From Octopus vulgaris (taxonomy: Eukaryota), in NCBI GenBank assembly GCA_951406725.2, contig OX597825.1, positions 22,382,001 to 22,446,000 on the forward strand: a stretch of 64,000 nucleotides of DNA, in the 5' to 3' direction. The translations under genes and the position numbers were made by a program. Positions within the stretch are counted from its first letter, which is position 1; each line of letters starts with the position of its first letter. A model generated the notes under the pieces. That model saw nothing but the letters and a program-made list of their open reading frames with translations. It did not search any database and was not told the DNA's origin. Below are positions 43,330-56,293 of the stretch, piece by piece.

Positions 43330-44015
43330 GGGGGCGTGATGGTGGTGTTGGTGTTGGTGGTGGTGTTGGTGGTGGTGTTGGTTGTGGTGGTGGTGGTGGT
43401 GGTGGTGGTGGTGTTGGTTGTGGTGGTGGTGGTGGTGGTGGTGGTGGTTGTGGTGCTGGTGGTGTTGGTGGTTGTGGTGCTGGTGGTGTTGGTGGTTGTG
43501 GTGGTGGTGGTGGTTGTGGTGGTGGTGGTGGTGGTGATGGTGGTGGTGGTGTTTGTGGTGGTGTTGGTGGTGGTGGTGGTTGTGGTGGTGGTGGTGGTCT
43601 TAGTGGTGGTGGTGGTGGTTGTAGTTGTGATAGTGGTGATGGTAGTGGTAGTGGTGAATGTGCTGGTGTTGATGGTTGTGTTAGTGATGATGGTGGTGCC
43701 AGGGTGGTTGTGGTGGTAGTGGTAGTTGTGGTGGTGGTGGTGTTGGTGGCTGTAGTTGTGGTTGTATTAGTGGTGGTAGTGGCTGTAGTTGTGATTGTAT
43801 TAGTGGTGGTGGTGGCTGTAGTTGTGGTTGCATTAGTGGTGGGGGCGGTGGTTCTGTTAGTCGTGGTGTTAGTTGTGGTAGTGGTGATGATAATGGTGGT
43901 GGTGGTGGTGGTGTTAATGGTGGTGGTGGCGGTGTTGATATTAGTGGTGGTGGTGGTGATGGTGTTAGTAGCAGTGGTTGTGTTCGTGGTGTTAATGGCG
44001 GAAGTGGTGGTGGTT
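43330..44015. repeat. About 0.7 kb (GTG/GGT)n tract
   Basis: Direct reading. Confidence 0.95.
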
Positions 44016-44639
44016 CTGCTGCTGATATTCATTTAAGTGTTACACATTGTCATTCTACGATATTTCCGTTATTGTTCTTGTTATTGCTGTTGTTGATGAT
44101 ATTATTGTAATTAAAGTCACTTCTGGTTGTACCGCGTCAATGGCTGCTGGTAATGCTGATGTTAATATTGCTGAGGTTTGTTAAACAGTTTACGCTAGAA
44201 AAGTGGGAAACACTGAGGAATTTTCTCATTAAACGATGCGAAAGTCATTCTCTGACGTCAGCAAATTCTTTGACATTTAAGTTATGGTTATGCACGCATG
44301 TATTTTCCTTTATGCACAACAATATATTCATAGGAATGCATATTGCATACATGCATACATGCAAATGTACATACATACGTACATGCAAATATACATACAT
44401 ACATGCATACATACATACATAGATACAGACGCACAGACACACAGACACACATCAACACACACATATAGATAGATAAATAGATAGATAGATTCATATATAT
44501 ATAGAGAGAGAGAGAGCCAGACAGACAGACGAGAGAGAGAGAGTGAAAGAGAGAGAAATAGACAGGCAGACACACAGATACACAGATAGATAGGTAAACA
44601 GAGAGGTATATAGATAGACAGATAGACAGGTAGACAGCC

Positions 44640-44847
<208 letters not shown>

Positions 44848-45433
44848 CTATCGAAATTGTGACTACAAATCTCCTCACCGTCATGGGGTCATCCTGGTCA
44901 TGACTAACATTGTGTGGTGCGGAATATATAACGATTTTATTCTTTCATTCAAATAAAAATCATCTATTATTTCTGTCCATCACAACCTACAGTGAAAAGA
45001 CATTACAAGTCCTTGTATCTCTCAAACATATTGCAACAAGTCTCAAATTGGTATTCCTTCCATCCCTTCATCGATCAAGCACACTCATCTTTATTTCGGC
45101 CAAGCGGTCAAAAGTTCTGCTTGTCTAGTAGTTGTCGTTATTGGTATCTGATGCTGAAGAGAAATATGGAGTTCGAAAAGCGAAATGACTAATCAAACCC
45201 AGGGCGAAATGTTTATTATTTTTTTGGTGTTTCAAATAGTTCAAAAATATACTTGAAATAATCCTAAGTTTTGTCACGCATTGAGCGGTTACTTACAAGC
45301 GTATTTATATATATATATATATCACCACCGTGACCGACCAGGCTATCAGATGTTGCTACACATCGCTGGTCACAACGCGCTTCGCATTGTTTTAGCCTTC
45401 AAACGACGTCACCCCGCTGGCTAAGCGAGCAGG

Positions 45434-45480
<47 letters not shown>

Positions 45481-45902
45481 TTCTCTTTTTTATTTTTTCT
45501 TATTTCCTTTTTATTTTCCCTCTTTTTTATTTTTTATTTTTCTTATTTTCTTCTCTTTCTTTTCTCTTTCTTTCTCTATTTTTCTTTTTTCTCTTACATT
45601 ATTCCTCTCTTCCTGTTTTCGACTTGACCTTACTAACACATTCCCTACTTTTAGGTCACTTTAAATATAACCCATAACTCAATAACACTGTGTATAAACT
45701 CTATATTTGGAATGACTAATTTTAAATACTATTGAATTTTACTCATAAGGTATTGGAATTGCATATGTATACGATTCTGCCTCAATAATGGATCTACAAC
45801 TACAATATCCATGCATATCTCACATCTATTTCCATTCCTCCATCTCACTCTCTATTTCCTATCTTATCTAAATAAACTATTGCTTAACCCTCTGCTCACA
45901 CA

Positions 45903-45950
45903 GTCTCCGAAGAATGGATATAATAATTATCCTAGAAACAGCTGTAAGAC
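45903..45950 (+). ncRNA. Minimal hammerhead-like motif (one core substitution)
   Basis: GTCT CCGAAGA at GGATA taataat TATCC ta GAAAC AGCT GTA AGAC: stem I GTCT/AGAC, stem II GGATA/TATCC, palindromic stem III ACAGCTGT. Confidence 0.6.
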
Positions 45951-46279
45951 ATTCTATTTTGTAAATATTCTAAAATCTACACAGCCTTGTTTTTTTTATC
46001 TAATTACGGTAAAAAAATTATATACACATGCTGATATATGACCTACGTTGGACTCCTCATTCGCATAATCACCTAACCTGGAAATTGGTGCTGGCCAGAT
46101 TGGATCAATCTCAAGATTAATGAGCCGAAATTGCGAGGATGATCTGGTTCTCGACTAAGGATAGCAAGGTTCGAAAGACCCGCCCTTGTCTTTTTGTATC
46201 GTCTATCTGGATGTTTTGTTGTCCCATTTTGTATCACCTAGTCGTTCGGATGTTTTGCGTTCTTGTACCGTTTTGTATT

Positions 46280-46350
<71 letters not shown>

Positions 46351-47671
46351 CGAATGTGAGTATATGCGTGCTTAAGTGTGTGTTTGTGCGTGTCTATGTG
46401 CGTGTCTTTGGTGAATCGTTGAGAAGTAAGAGAAACATATCAAAAGAAAGGACACGTTACATCAGAAAAACCATTTTCCAATAGAACAGCTCAGCATTAC
46501 GTATCGGTTGCAAAAACAAATAGACAGACATCCGCTTGTATGCGAACAGATACAGATATATACATTTAGGCATACATAATTATATACTAGCATATATGCA
46601 TACATACACGTGTGTGCATGCATGTGTGTGTGTATCTCTTTGTGTGTATGTATCTCTTTGTGTGTATGTATCTGAGTGTACGTACACACAGACACAAGCT
46701 TGTATGCTTCAAATAATAGCTGTATGTGTTGAACATCTCACGCCCATTTAGCTTCTGGTTATACACTCAAAATATTTATACGTGAATGGATTGCTATCTG
46801 TCACGTCATAATCTGGCTTTCACGCATGACCCTTACGCACAAGCTCACATATTAGATACTGGTTAGTAAATTAACTTCGAACACATACCGCCATAAATAT
46901 ATGTACATGAACGTAAATATAGCCTACACAGTTACGCTTTCTTAGATACATGCAATCCCATAAACAAACACACACTCACCCGCACATACAATATCTATAC
47001 AGCTATCGATCGCTCTATCACTCTTTTATTTTCTTAATCTTTCTCAATCACACTGATTTGTTTTTTTATTCAGTTATATGTAAGAAAAAAATAATTATAT
47101 ACAGCGTATATACTTACAAATACACACACGCTCACAAACACACACACATTATATACATATATATATATAAATAGAGTGTACATTTAAAAAATAAGAGGCA
47201 TCCTTAATAGTATTCCTTTCACGCTAGAAGGAACAGCTAAAGTCTAAACCACTATTAAGGATAAAAACTCGAAGGGAATGAAAATTAAAAACATTTGCCA
47301 TGCATCTCATGGTTTCTGACTTTTTTTAGCAAATCAAATAATAATTTACAAGGCGAAGTCTTCATCAACAGGTACGCGTAAATTAAACATAAGCACGAGG
47401 CAAATGCAGCATGTCCCTCTTGTTTATACACTATAATTTCTCCAATCCACCGCGCATGCGCTGTTTTTTGTTGACAGCAAAAGAATACAGGCATTAATAA
47501 TATATAGTCTATTGACTAATTTTTCTACACGCTAGGCCACAGGTAGTAAAAATAACCCTGATATTATTAATTATTGATAATTGTTTTCTGGAAAATTGTT
47601 CGAAGAAATGCCGGTATTTTCTAGCTGCCGACAAAAACTGCGCTTGCGCGGTGGCTTTGCGCGGTGTATGC

Positions 47672-47719
<48 letters not shown>

Positions 47720-47791
47720 GTGCGTGTGTGTGTCTGTATCTGTGTGTGTGTATGTGTGTACATGTGTGCGTGTGCGGCGTGTGTGTGTGTA

Positions 47792-47918
47792 TACGAGGGG
47801 TGCATGAAAAAACTTGAGCCTCAAAAAAGCAAAAATTGTTACAAGACTTCTGATGAAGGTACAAGGCTTCAAGACTCAAAGGCTCTGAAGGTTCAAAACC
47901 TTTCATACACCCCTCGTA
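47792..47918. mobile_element. Mariner-type MITE
   Basis: TIRs tacgaggggtgcatgaaaaaacttgagcct / aggttcaaaacctttcatacacccctcgta, TA flanks. Confidence 0.85.
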
Positions 47919-47955
47919 TATATATGTATATATATATAAATGCATGTATGTACTG

Positions 47956-48015
<60 letters not shown>

Positions 48016-48084
48016 ATGTGTGTGCGTGTGTGTCTGTGTGTATGTGTGTGTGTGTATCCATGACTCTAAATGAAGACTTGAAAG

Positions 48085-48290
48085 GAACCCCACTTGAAAG
48101 GAGCAAGTTTTGAAGACATCCGAAAAATCCAAGAGAATGCGACAAGGCAGCTCGTCAATGGGAACGACGCTGTATAAAGTGTGTTTCTTTAAAGAGGGAC
48201 TACTTCGAAGGAGATTAAATGCCGAAGTGCTATGTGTTGTAGTTTTCTTTCTATAGCACTAGTCATGATAGATTTTCATCAGATCTCGTA
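48085..48290 (+). mobile_element. Mariner transposase C-terminus and 3' TIR
   Basis: LKGASFEDIRKIQENATRQL and QWERRCIKCVSLKRDYFEGD*, then ttttcatcagatctcgTA. Confidence 0.8.
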
Positions 48291-48596
48291 TATATAATGT
48301 ATATAAGAGACGGAGAGAGAGAGAGAGAAAGAGAAAGAGAGTTAGAGAGAGAAAGAAAGACAGAGAAAGAGAGAGAAGGAGAGAAATTGTGTGTGTGTAT
48401 GTGTGCGTGTGTGTATGTGTGTATGTGTGTGCGTGCGTGTGTGTGTGTGTTTCATATATTTATATATATTTCACCTATTATTTCAGCTGATATTTACAAT
48501 TTTTTTCAAATGTCTGATGTCTGTCTCGACGTTACCTTATTTTACATTAATCTGCTTGTAAATCATTTAACTATACATACATACACACACACACAC

Positions 48597-48647
<51 letters not shown>

Positions 48648-48786
48648 TATATATATATATTTATATTTATATATATATACTGAGAGAGACAGAATGAGAG
48701 GGAGAGAGGAGAGAAAGAGAAAGCAAAGTTAATTTATTCCTACGTATACAAAAACAAGGACGGATTTATTATTAATATGTTTGAAG

Positions 48787-48824
48787 CTTTGACCGGTTTC
48801 ATAGTTTACACTGATTTTCAAAAG
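48787..48824 (-). ncRNA. Variant hammerhead-like motif (UUGAAAA core)
   Basis: rc cttttgaaaa tcagtgtaaactat GAAAC CG GTC aaag; stem I cttt/aaag overlaps the core, stem II weak. Confidence 0.35.
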
Positions 48825-48974
48825 GTCCAAATAGAAAGACGTGGCTTATGTCCCAGTTGACTTGCTTCTGACTAGTGTTTGAATTTTATCCTGTTTTTAT
48901 AGGGAGTTCATGCCTCAAATTAGTGTATGTTTTGAAACATATACTAATGGAAATATTATTTAATAATATAACCT

Positions 48975-49680
48975 ACACTTCATGTGACAGTCCCATAAAA
49001 GGGAAGATCCTACTGCTATTTAGCCCTAGGAAACGCCGTTTCCTGTTGGACTTGGCAAATTCCCTGTATCCTTATGTTTTCAAAGTGGACACAAGCACGT
49101 CCACCCAGCAAAGCCAGGATCCAGAGACTAGTTTCAGAGTCATTGCTCATCATGAGTCTTGAGTAGCATGGCTTGCTAGCTGTCGATACCTATCTACCTT
49201 TGAAGACATATATATTTCAAGTGAAATACATTCACGGATATTTGAAAATAGAAATAATATATTTCTAAACCCCTCATTAAGTTGAAAACATACTATCACA
49301 TTATCGTGTTCCTACTGCATAAACCTCTCTGGGGATTTAGAAATATATTATGTGTATTTTCAAAAATCAGTGAATGTTTTCAAAGGCGGATAGGCATCGA
49401 CAGCTAGCAATCCATGCTACACCAGACTGATGATAAGCAATGGCGCTGAAACTAGTCTCCGAATGCTGGCTTTTGCTGGGTGGAGGTGCTTGTCGCCACT
49501 GTGAAAACATAAGGACACAAAACTGTGTCAAGTCCAACAGAAAACTGTGTTACCTAGGGCTAAATAACAGTAGCATTCTTCCTTTTCATGGGACTGTCAC
49601 ATTAAGTTGACGACATACTATCACTTTATCGTGCTGCTACTGAATAAATCTCTCTGAGAGATTTCGAAATTCATTATTTC
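48975..49680. mobile_element. Retrozyme-like element: inverted arm + 325-bp monomer + about 75-bp direct repeat
   Basis: 48975-49273 is the reverse complement of about 49331-49608; cattaagttga..catactatcac.ttatcgtg..ctactg.ataaa.ctctctg repeats directly at 49275 and 49600. Confidence 0.8.
49422..49462 (+). ncRNA. Minimal type-I hammerhead ribozyme motif; mirror copy at 49121-49161 (-)
   Basis: CCAGA CTGATGA ta AGC aatggc GCT GAAAC TA GTC TCCGA; the mirror copy supplies TCTGG, a perfect stem I partner; palindromic stem III ACTAGT. Confidence 0.72.
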
Positions 49681-49901
49681 CATAACATACACTTGTTTAG
49701 CTATTCTAGAAGTAGCTGCAAGGAACTTTACCTCATTGCAATAGTTTTACCTTGTTGCTAATGCTACACTGTGTTTAAAATATAAATTAAATGGTCTGAA
49801 ATCATACGTTTTGATTGTCCCTACTCTGTTTTTAATGTACGTATTTGTGTGTATGTTTGTGTGTGTGCTTTTGTGTGCATATATATATATATACACACAC
49901 T

Positions 49902-49973
<72 letters not shown>

Positions 49974-50279
49974 AAATAAATGTAATCTGTCTCTCTCTCT
50001 CTCTCTTTCTGTATGTGTATGTATATATATATATATATATATATATAATTCGTTTATGGTAATGCTATGGAAATAATATTTCTATTTCATAATGCCGGCT
50101 ACCGTCAAATGATACTGACTAGTGAGCCAACTTTTCGGGCCGCATCATGTTTATTCCGGTATACTGTAGAATAAATATAGTGATGTCAATAATTCTAGGA
50201 TGGAATTTATAAATATTCAATTCATCGCGACGCGCCTTTCCACAAATCACAAGATTTTAGCATCAGAGTCTGTATCCTT

Positions 50280-51263
50280 GGAAAGATTACAGTATAGTCC
50301 GTAGTCTCCGTGGACATCCGGTTGTTCATCATCATTGATTTATTTCATCAGGTGATAACGCATTAGTGGATAACTGACAGAGGGATGTTTATCCTGTCTA
50401 GTCAGTTTGAAGGCCAATCTAGCTATGTGGGTGTTTTCAGTGTGTACTTGGTAGGGGCAAGTAGGTAATGGGAGTAGAGGAAGGAAGGGTAGTAATATGG
50501 GGATGGTGGTGTGTGTGGCGGTGTAGGATTTATTTGCTATTCATTCTGCAAGTTTTAGGGATGGTCATTCTTTCCGCAGAGTTAAAGGTGGAAGTACATT
50601 TATTTGTTCTATTTCATTCAAGACGTAAATCTACCTCAATAAATTCTGAACCCAACACATGACCCGCTGATATACAGTGGGGTTTGTGGACCGAATTAAG
50701 TAATACCATGGTGACTTCTTCGCTGTTTCTGTTGTTATAGTCTTTGTCATCTTAAACATTGGTATGTTCGTTTATTTGTTTTGGTCCATTCAGTTATATT
50801 ATTTGTTATTTAGTTTTAAAATATTTTTTTTCAAATTCCATAAATGATATTTTGTTCCTATGTTTTCATGATATAACCATTTCAAAGTGTCTATTTATCA
50901 CGTTTTTTCCAGGATGTTATTATTTCCGGGGTTTCTTCAATGCATATGTTGCATACTCGTGAAGTATGCAACGTATGCCTTGAACTTCATGCCTTGCACT
51001 TCTTGCGGGATGGTGCACTTTCTTGCAGGGATGGTAAATGTATATAGACACGTGAGTTAAATTAGTGATACAAAATATGTATTCAATATGTATACACTAT
51101 GTATACAGGAGTGGCTGTGTGGTAAGTAGCTTGCTAACCAACCACATGGTTCCGGGTTCAGTCCCACTGCGTGGCATCTTGGGCAAGTGCCTTCTGCTAT
51201 AGCCCCGGGCCGACCAATGCCTTGTGAGTGGATTTGGTAGACGGAAACTGGAAGAAGCCTGTC

Positions 51264-51327
<64 letters not shown>

Positions 51328-52510
51328 TTTTGTGTGTCTGTGTTTGTCTCCCTAGCATTGCTTGACAACCGATGCTGGTGTATTTACGTCCCCATCAACT
51401 AGCGGTTCAGCAAAAGAGACCGATACAATAAGTACTGGACTTACAAAGAATAAGTCCCGGGGTCGATTTGCTAAAGGCGGTGCTCCAGCATGGCCGCAGT
51501 CAAATGACTGAAACAAGTAAAAGAGTAAAGAGAGAAAAAGAGTATACAATATGGGATACAAAATACGTGAAGGAGAGAGAGAGAGAGACAGACAGACAGA
51601 TAGACAGACAGATGGACAGAGACAGAGATAGTGAGAATATAACTCAGCCTGATAGATGTTCAAAATGTATTGATACCTGTTGTATAAAGGAAACTTTCTG
51701 TCTTATGAATAAAATAAAATTGTTGGTACGTTTTTTTTTTTCACTGTCTTTCTATATCACACGTTAAACCACGTCAATTTTCTTTTCGCTTTAACATTTC
51801 CTTCTTTTTCACGAGTGATAATAGTCGTGAAGACAGATACGTCATCACCCCTTAATGAATTTGCTTGAAGATATGAAGTTTGAGAATTCGGATATAAATT
51901 TGTTAGAATTGTTTGTAGTATTTCATATCCTACCTCTTCGGTTAGATTTGGAATTTATATGACGGGTGCAATAGCTGTTATTTCTAGAAATTAAATTCTT
52001 CTTGATATTATTATAGTTATCACCATTCTGTTTGCTTAGTCGGTCACACACAAGTTTAATAACTTGGCGATTTTGCTAATTAGTTTAGTCAAATTATTCT
52101 GCTTGCTTTGTCTCAAGGCTTTTATTATTTTCGGAACCGTTTCTACGCTTTCTAGTCGTATTCGGGATTATATTAGCATTGAAATTTCTGCGTTTATTTC
52201 CTATACTTATACACTTTAGTAAAATAATTATATAACTTAGAAGCGTATTGTATGCTTTTACGCAATACTTACTTTAAAACCAGAGATGATTTTATTGGAG
52301 GAAGAAATAAATTGAATCTTATTCTCAAAACCACTTTCAAAAGAGCGTCTTACAAATATTCTGAGTTATTATTAAATACATCTACCTTAGACGAAAGTTT
52401 GGATATTCTAAGAGAAATCTTCTTTACAAGATTACTTATAATTGATTTTAGTTGATTGGAATTTTTGTGAATGAGTTGAGATTTACGTCGGATTGACAGA
52501 AACAAATCAA
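50280..52510 (-). pseudogene. Fragmented Naiad-like Penelope element (RT thumb, endonuclease C-terminus, decayed hammerhead)
   Basis: [43 protein letters not shown] (about 52330-52480), CNICIEE..EII and S*KHRNK (about 50845-50955), rc cCTGATGAaataaatcaatgatgatGAACAACCGGATGTC (about 50312-50352); collinear, interrupted by a SINE and other sequence. Confidence 0.6.
51106..51535 (+). mobile_element. OK-type tRNA SINE
   Basis: Near-identical to 3021-3416 and retains ttctgctatagcc, which that copy lacks. Confidence 0.9.
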
Positions 52511-52675
52511 CTGAGACGTCATGGCAGTTGGATTTTTTGCCAATCAGTGATGAAAGTGTTAAAATATTTAGAGAACGTTGATGTGTACATGTGTATCTGT
52601 GTGTATTTTCCTTTTTATGCATATGTGTGTATGCATACAAATATATATATATATATACATACACACATACATACA

Positions 52676-52761
<86 letters not shown>

Positions 52762-52859
52762 ATAGTTTTCCTTTTTGGTAAAACATTGCCGTCTAGATTA
52801 AGTTATAGTATGGACATTAGGGATTCGCTAAAACATCCGGATTATGCCTGTCAAGCGGT

Positions 52860-52912
52860 CCGTACTGATGAGGCTATTGAATCAGCCAAAACACTGGCCA
52901 ATCAATGTACGG
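52860..52912 (+). ncRNA. Hammerhead-like motif with G-to-A change in the GAAA box
   Basis: CCGTA CTGATGA GGCT attgaatc AGCC AAAAC actggccaatcaatg TACGG; stems I and II pair perfectly, stem III unclear. Confidence 0.5.
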
Positions 52913-52975
52913 AATTCTTGACCGCTGCCAGTACATATGTATACAATTGTGTGTTTTAACTACAGCATTAGAGCT

Positions 52976-53089
52976 TTTTAACCACTACCCCATATGCCCG
53001 TGGGCATATGGCGTATTGGTTAAGAACGCGGGCTACTAACTCCAAGATTCCGAGTTCGGTTCTAAGCAGTCAACTGAACCATAATAATG

Positions 53090-53150
<61 letters not shown>

Positions 53151-53324
53151 TAACAATAATATCGAAAAATACCTTAGGAATAAGAACCCAGGATCTAAAT
53201 TTCCCCAAGACACCTGATGAAGGCTGGAGGATATATCAGCTGAAATGATGTGCTAACAGCAAACAAGATGAGGACAAATGTAAATAATGTAAATAATTCC
53301 TCGTTTCTTAATTATAGAACTGTA
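52976..53324 (+). mobile_element. Second tRNA-head / (AAT)n / hammerhead-tail element with short inverted 5' arm
   Basis: ttaaccactaccccatatgccc-gt-gggcatatggcgtattggttaa; A box, anticodon arm gggCTACTAActc, B box gagttcggttc; HHR remnant 53209-53254; same 3' end atagaactgt as the 7.9 kb copy; flanks tagagctttttaa / tagagctcttaa. Confidence 0.85.
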
Positions 53325-53636
53325 TAGAGCTCTTAATTTAAGGATTTCTAATAGAATGTATATATATATATTCTGTTCGTGATACATGTATGATTCTGTT
53401 CACGAAATTGTGACAGTAAACTGGAATAAAGCATGAAACCATAAATGTATAATTAACTAGGTTATGGAACCGCCGTCTCGTAGCCGTATTCTCTGTTGAG
53501 ATCAACATCATATTTTTTTTTTCATATTGTATCTCTATTGTCATAATGATTTAAGATTCGATTCGAACTCACATCCTCACGATCGTAAGCTCGACACTCT
53601 AGCCACTGAGCCATGCACCTTCACTATATATATATA

Positions 53637-53690
<54 letters not shown>

Positions 53691-54016
53691 CATATATATA
53701 TATATATATACATTGACATAGTTTCTCTCACCAGATAGCAGTAATTGGCATTTATTAGTGGCAATTGCTGTCTTCAACATGAATTCCTTTTATGGAGTTC
53801 TGAAACCTCCTTTACCCCATTTCTTCAATTAAAAAAATCTTTATTGCTTCTAACCTTACAGCAGTTAGGAACAGCCGTATCTTAGTCAGTCCGTGGAAGG
53901 ACTTCACTACCTCATATGTTCTTAAAATTTAAATCCAGAACTTTGTCTGTATATCTACCTTCTCTATAATGTTGCCACTTGATTTGAACAGTTTTGTATT
54001 AATGGAAAACCTCTAT

Positions 54017-54107
54017 AATTTGGTGATGAGTACTCAGCATCTTAAATATGTGGTAATACTTACAACATTTAATAAAATGATGTAGTACGAAACGATCGTA
54101 CCAAATT
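54017..54107 (+). ncRNA. Hammerhead motif with long stem II, core C3 missing
   Basis: AATTTGG TGATGA GTACT...atgtggtaa tac ttacaacat...AGTAC GAAAC GATC GTA CCAAATT; 7-bp perfect stem I, palindromic stem III ACGATCGT. Confidence 0.65.
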
Positions 54108-55301
54108 ACCGGAGTCATTCTTGTTGCTTATTTTGATTATAATCACCCCACGGATTTTATGGATAACACCATACAAAATTCTGGTGCATCTAAATTAAGC
54201 ACCATATGCATTTGAATCTAAATTTTTGCTGAACTTATATATATATATATATAGGCGCAGGTGTGTGTGTGTGTGTGTATATATATAATACAGTATCTAT
54301 AGACATATACACATAAAGCACGAATGAGTGATCATATCAAAGAAACCTCCAATCAACACATTGGTAGAAGTTGCACATATTTTATATCCTTTTAACAACA
54401 GTTTGAGTCTGATCCAAATGACTTCAATCTCCATGAGCGTGAAACACACGTCTATCTTATCAGATGCTAAATATATGCATACGCGTATATGGATAGCTAG
54501 CTTGATAGATCGATATGTTCCTTAGCATGCGCGTGACCCTGTGTGTGCATATGTATTCATGTGTGTGTGTATGTGTGTTGTGTGTGTGAGAGAGAGAAGA
54601 ATGGAGAGAAAGTAATTGATGACATCTTCAGAACGGTCTATATTTTTATATTTATAGTAAAAATAAATGAAATAAGATCAACGTCACAGAGAGAGAGTTC
54701 AAATTATGAAGGCACCTTGTTTGGTTGGTTCATTGCAGTTCATCATACGACACCAAAATAAATGCATAAATAGAGTAAATGATAATAGAGTTGTTTTATT
54801 TCTATTGTTAAAGTATTTAATAATGCACCAAGAAATCATTTTGCCTGAACACAGGAATTCCGTTTCCCCAAATATTCAGAGCAATGAGAAACCGGTGTTT
54901 ATATAGCTAACGTTTATGTAGGAATATCAGTTTTATATGCGTACATATTTGTAGCTATAACATTTGAAATGTGCATGTGTATCCCCACTTCTATAAATAC
55001 ATGAGTGTGTGTTTTTGTGTTAAATATATATATATGTATGTATAAATATATATATTTGTATACATAAATATGTATATAAAAATGTTTACGTATATCTATC
55101 TACATATCTATCTACCTACCTATCTAACTACCTACCTATCTACACATCCATCCATCCATCAATCAATCTATCTATCTATATCTATACACACATACATAAA
55201 CACACATACACACACATATATATAACATTATATAGAACATTATAGATATGTATATATGAATATGTGCTTGCTTTTAAGTATGCATATATGCATGTTTATA
55301 A

Positions 55302-55440
<139 letters not shown>

Positions 55441-56152
55441 TATTATATATGGGTGTATGCGTGCAGGTGGGTATGAATGTGCATATTTGTGAAAGTATAG
55501 ATGTAGAAATGCAATGAATTATAATTTACATGTCATTCAGAAGGGGAAAAAAGAAAGCTACAGAGGTAATAGATTTTTGCGAAAAATAGGGAGAATAAGT
55601 TGAAGGATTTACAAATTTATTTGATAGAAAATTGAATTTTGTGCTCAGGGGAAAATCTAGAAAAATAAGGAAGTAAACGGAGCGCTCAGATCCCTTAAAG
55701 AAAGCAATGTTTTCTCAAATATTGTTCACTAGATCCCTAGAGCAAATCGTTATTTTGACAAATCTGACTTAATCCAAGCATATAAATTCTTACACGAGGA
55801 GAATTCTGCCTAGTGTATAGTTGATAATTAGATGGAATTTTAAAGTCTAAGATATTCTGTCGGGCATATATACAGATATATATTTTTGTTTGTTCTTTTA
55901 TACGTTTCAGCCCAAAGGGTGTGTCCACACTGGAGCACCGCCATACTGTCTTGTCGCCTTTTCAACGGACATTTGGTTTGTCATTGAGTTTCTCCCTGCA
56001 AGAAAACATGCTGTATAATGCTATACTTCTCAAAATGATTACACTGTGTTGATTTCTCAGTTGAAATAATTAATTATATAGCCTTGGTGTTCCTACAATC
56101 TTACATGAACACTCACACACGCACATACGCGCAAACATACACCCACACATAC

Positions 56153-56215
<63 letters not shown>

Positions 56216-56216
56216 G

Positions 56217-56277
<61 letters not shown>

Positions 56278-56293
56278 TATGTATGTATGTATG

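Noticed and set aside
45150-45195. Hammerhead at ctgaaga-gaa...ttc-gaaa
   Set aside because: Only a 3-bp stem II and unconvincing stems I and III; compatible with chance.
47849-47860. ctgatgaagg as a hammerhead core
   Set aside because: Lies inside a mariner MITE with no matching stem II or GAAAC.
53002-53075. Genuine tRNA genes at SINE heads (also 3021, 8095, 41110, 63391)
   Set aside because: No complete acceptor stem or oligo-T terminator; each head runs into a repeat body, several with TSDs.
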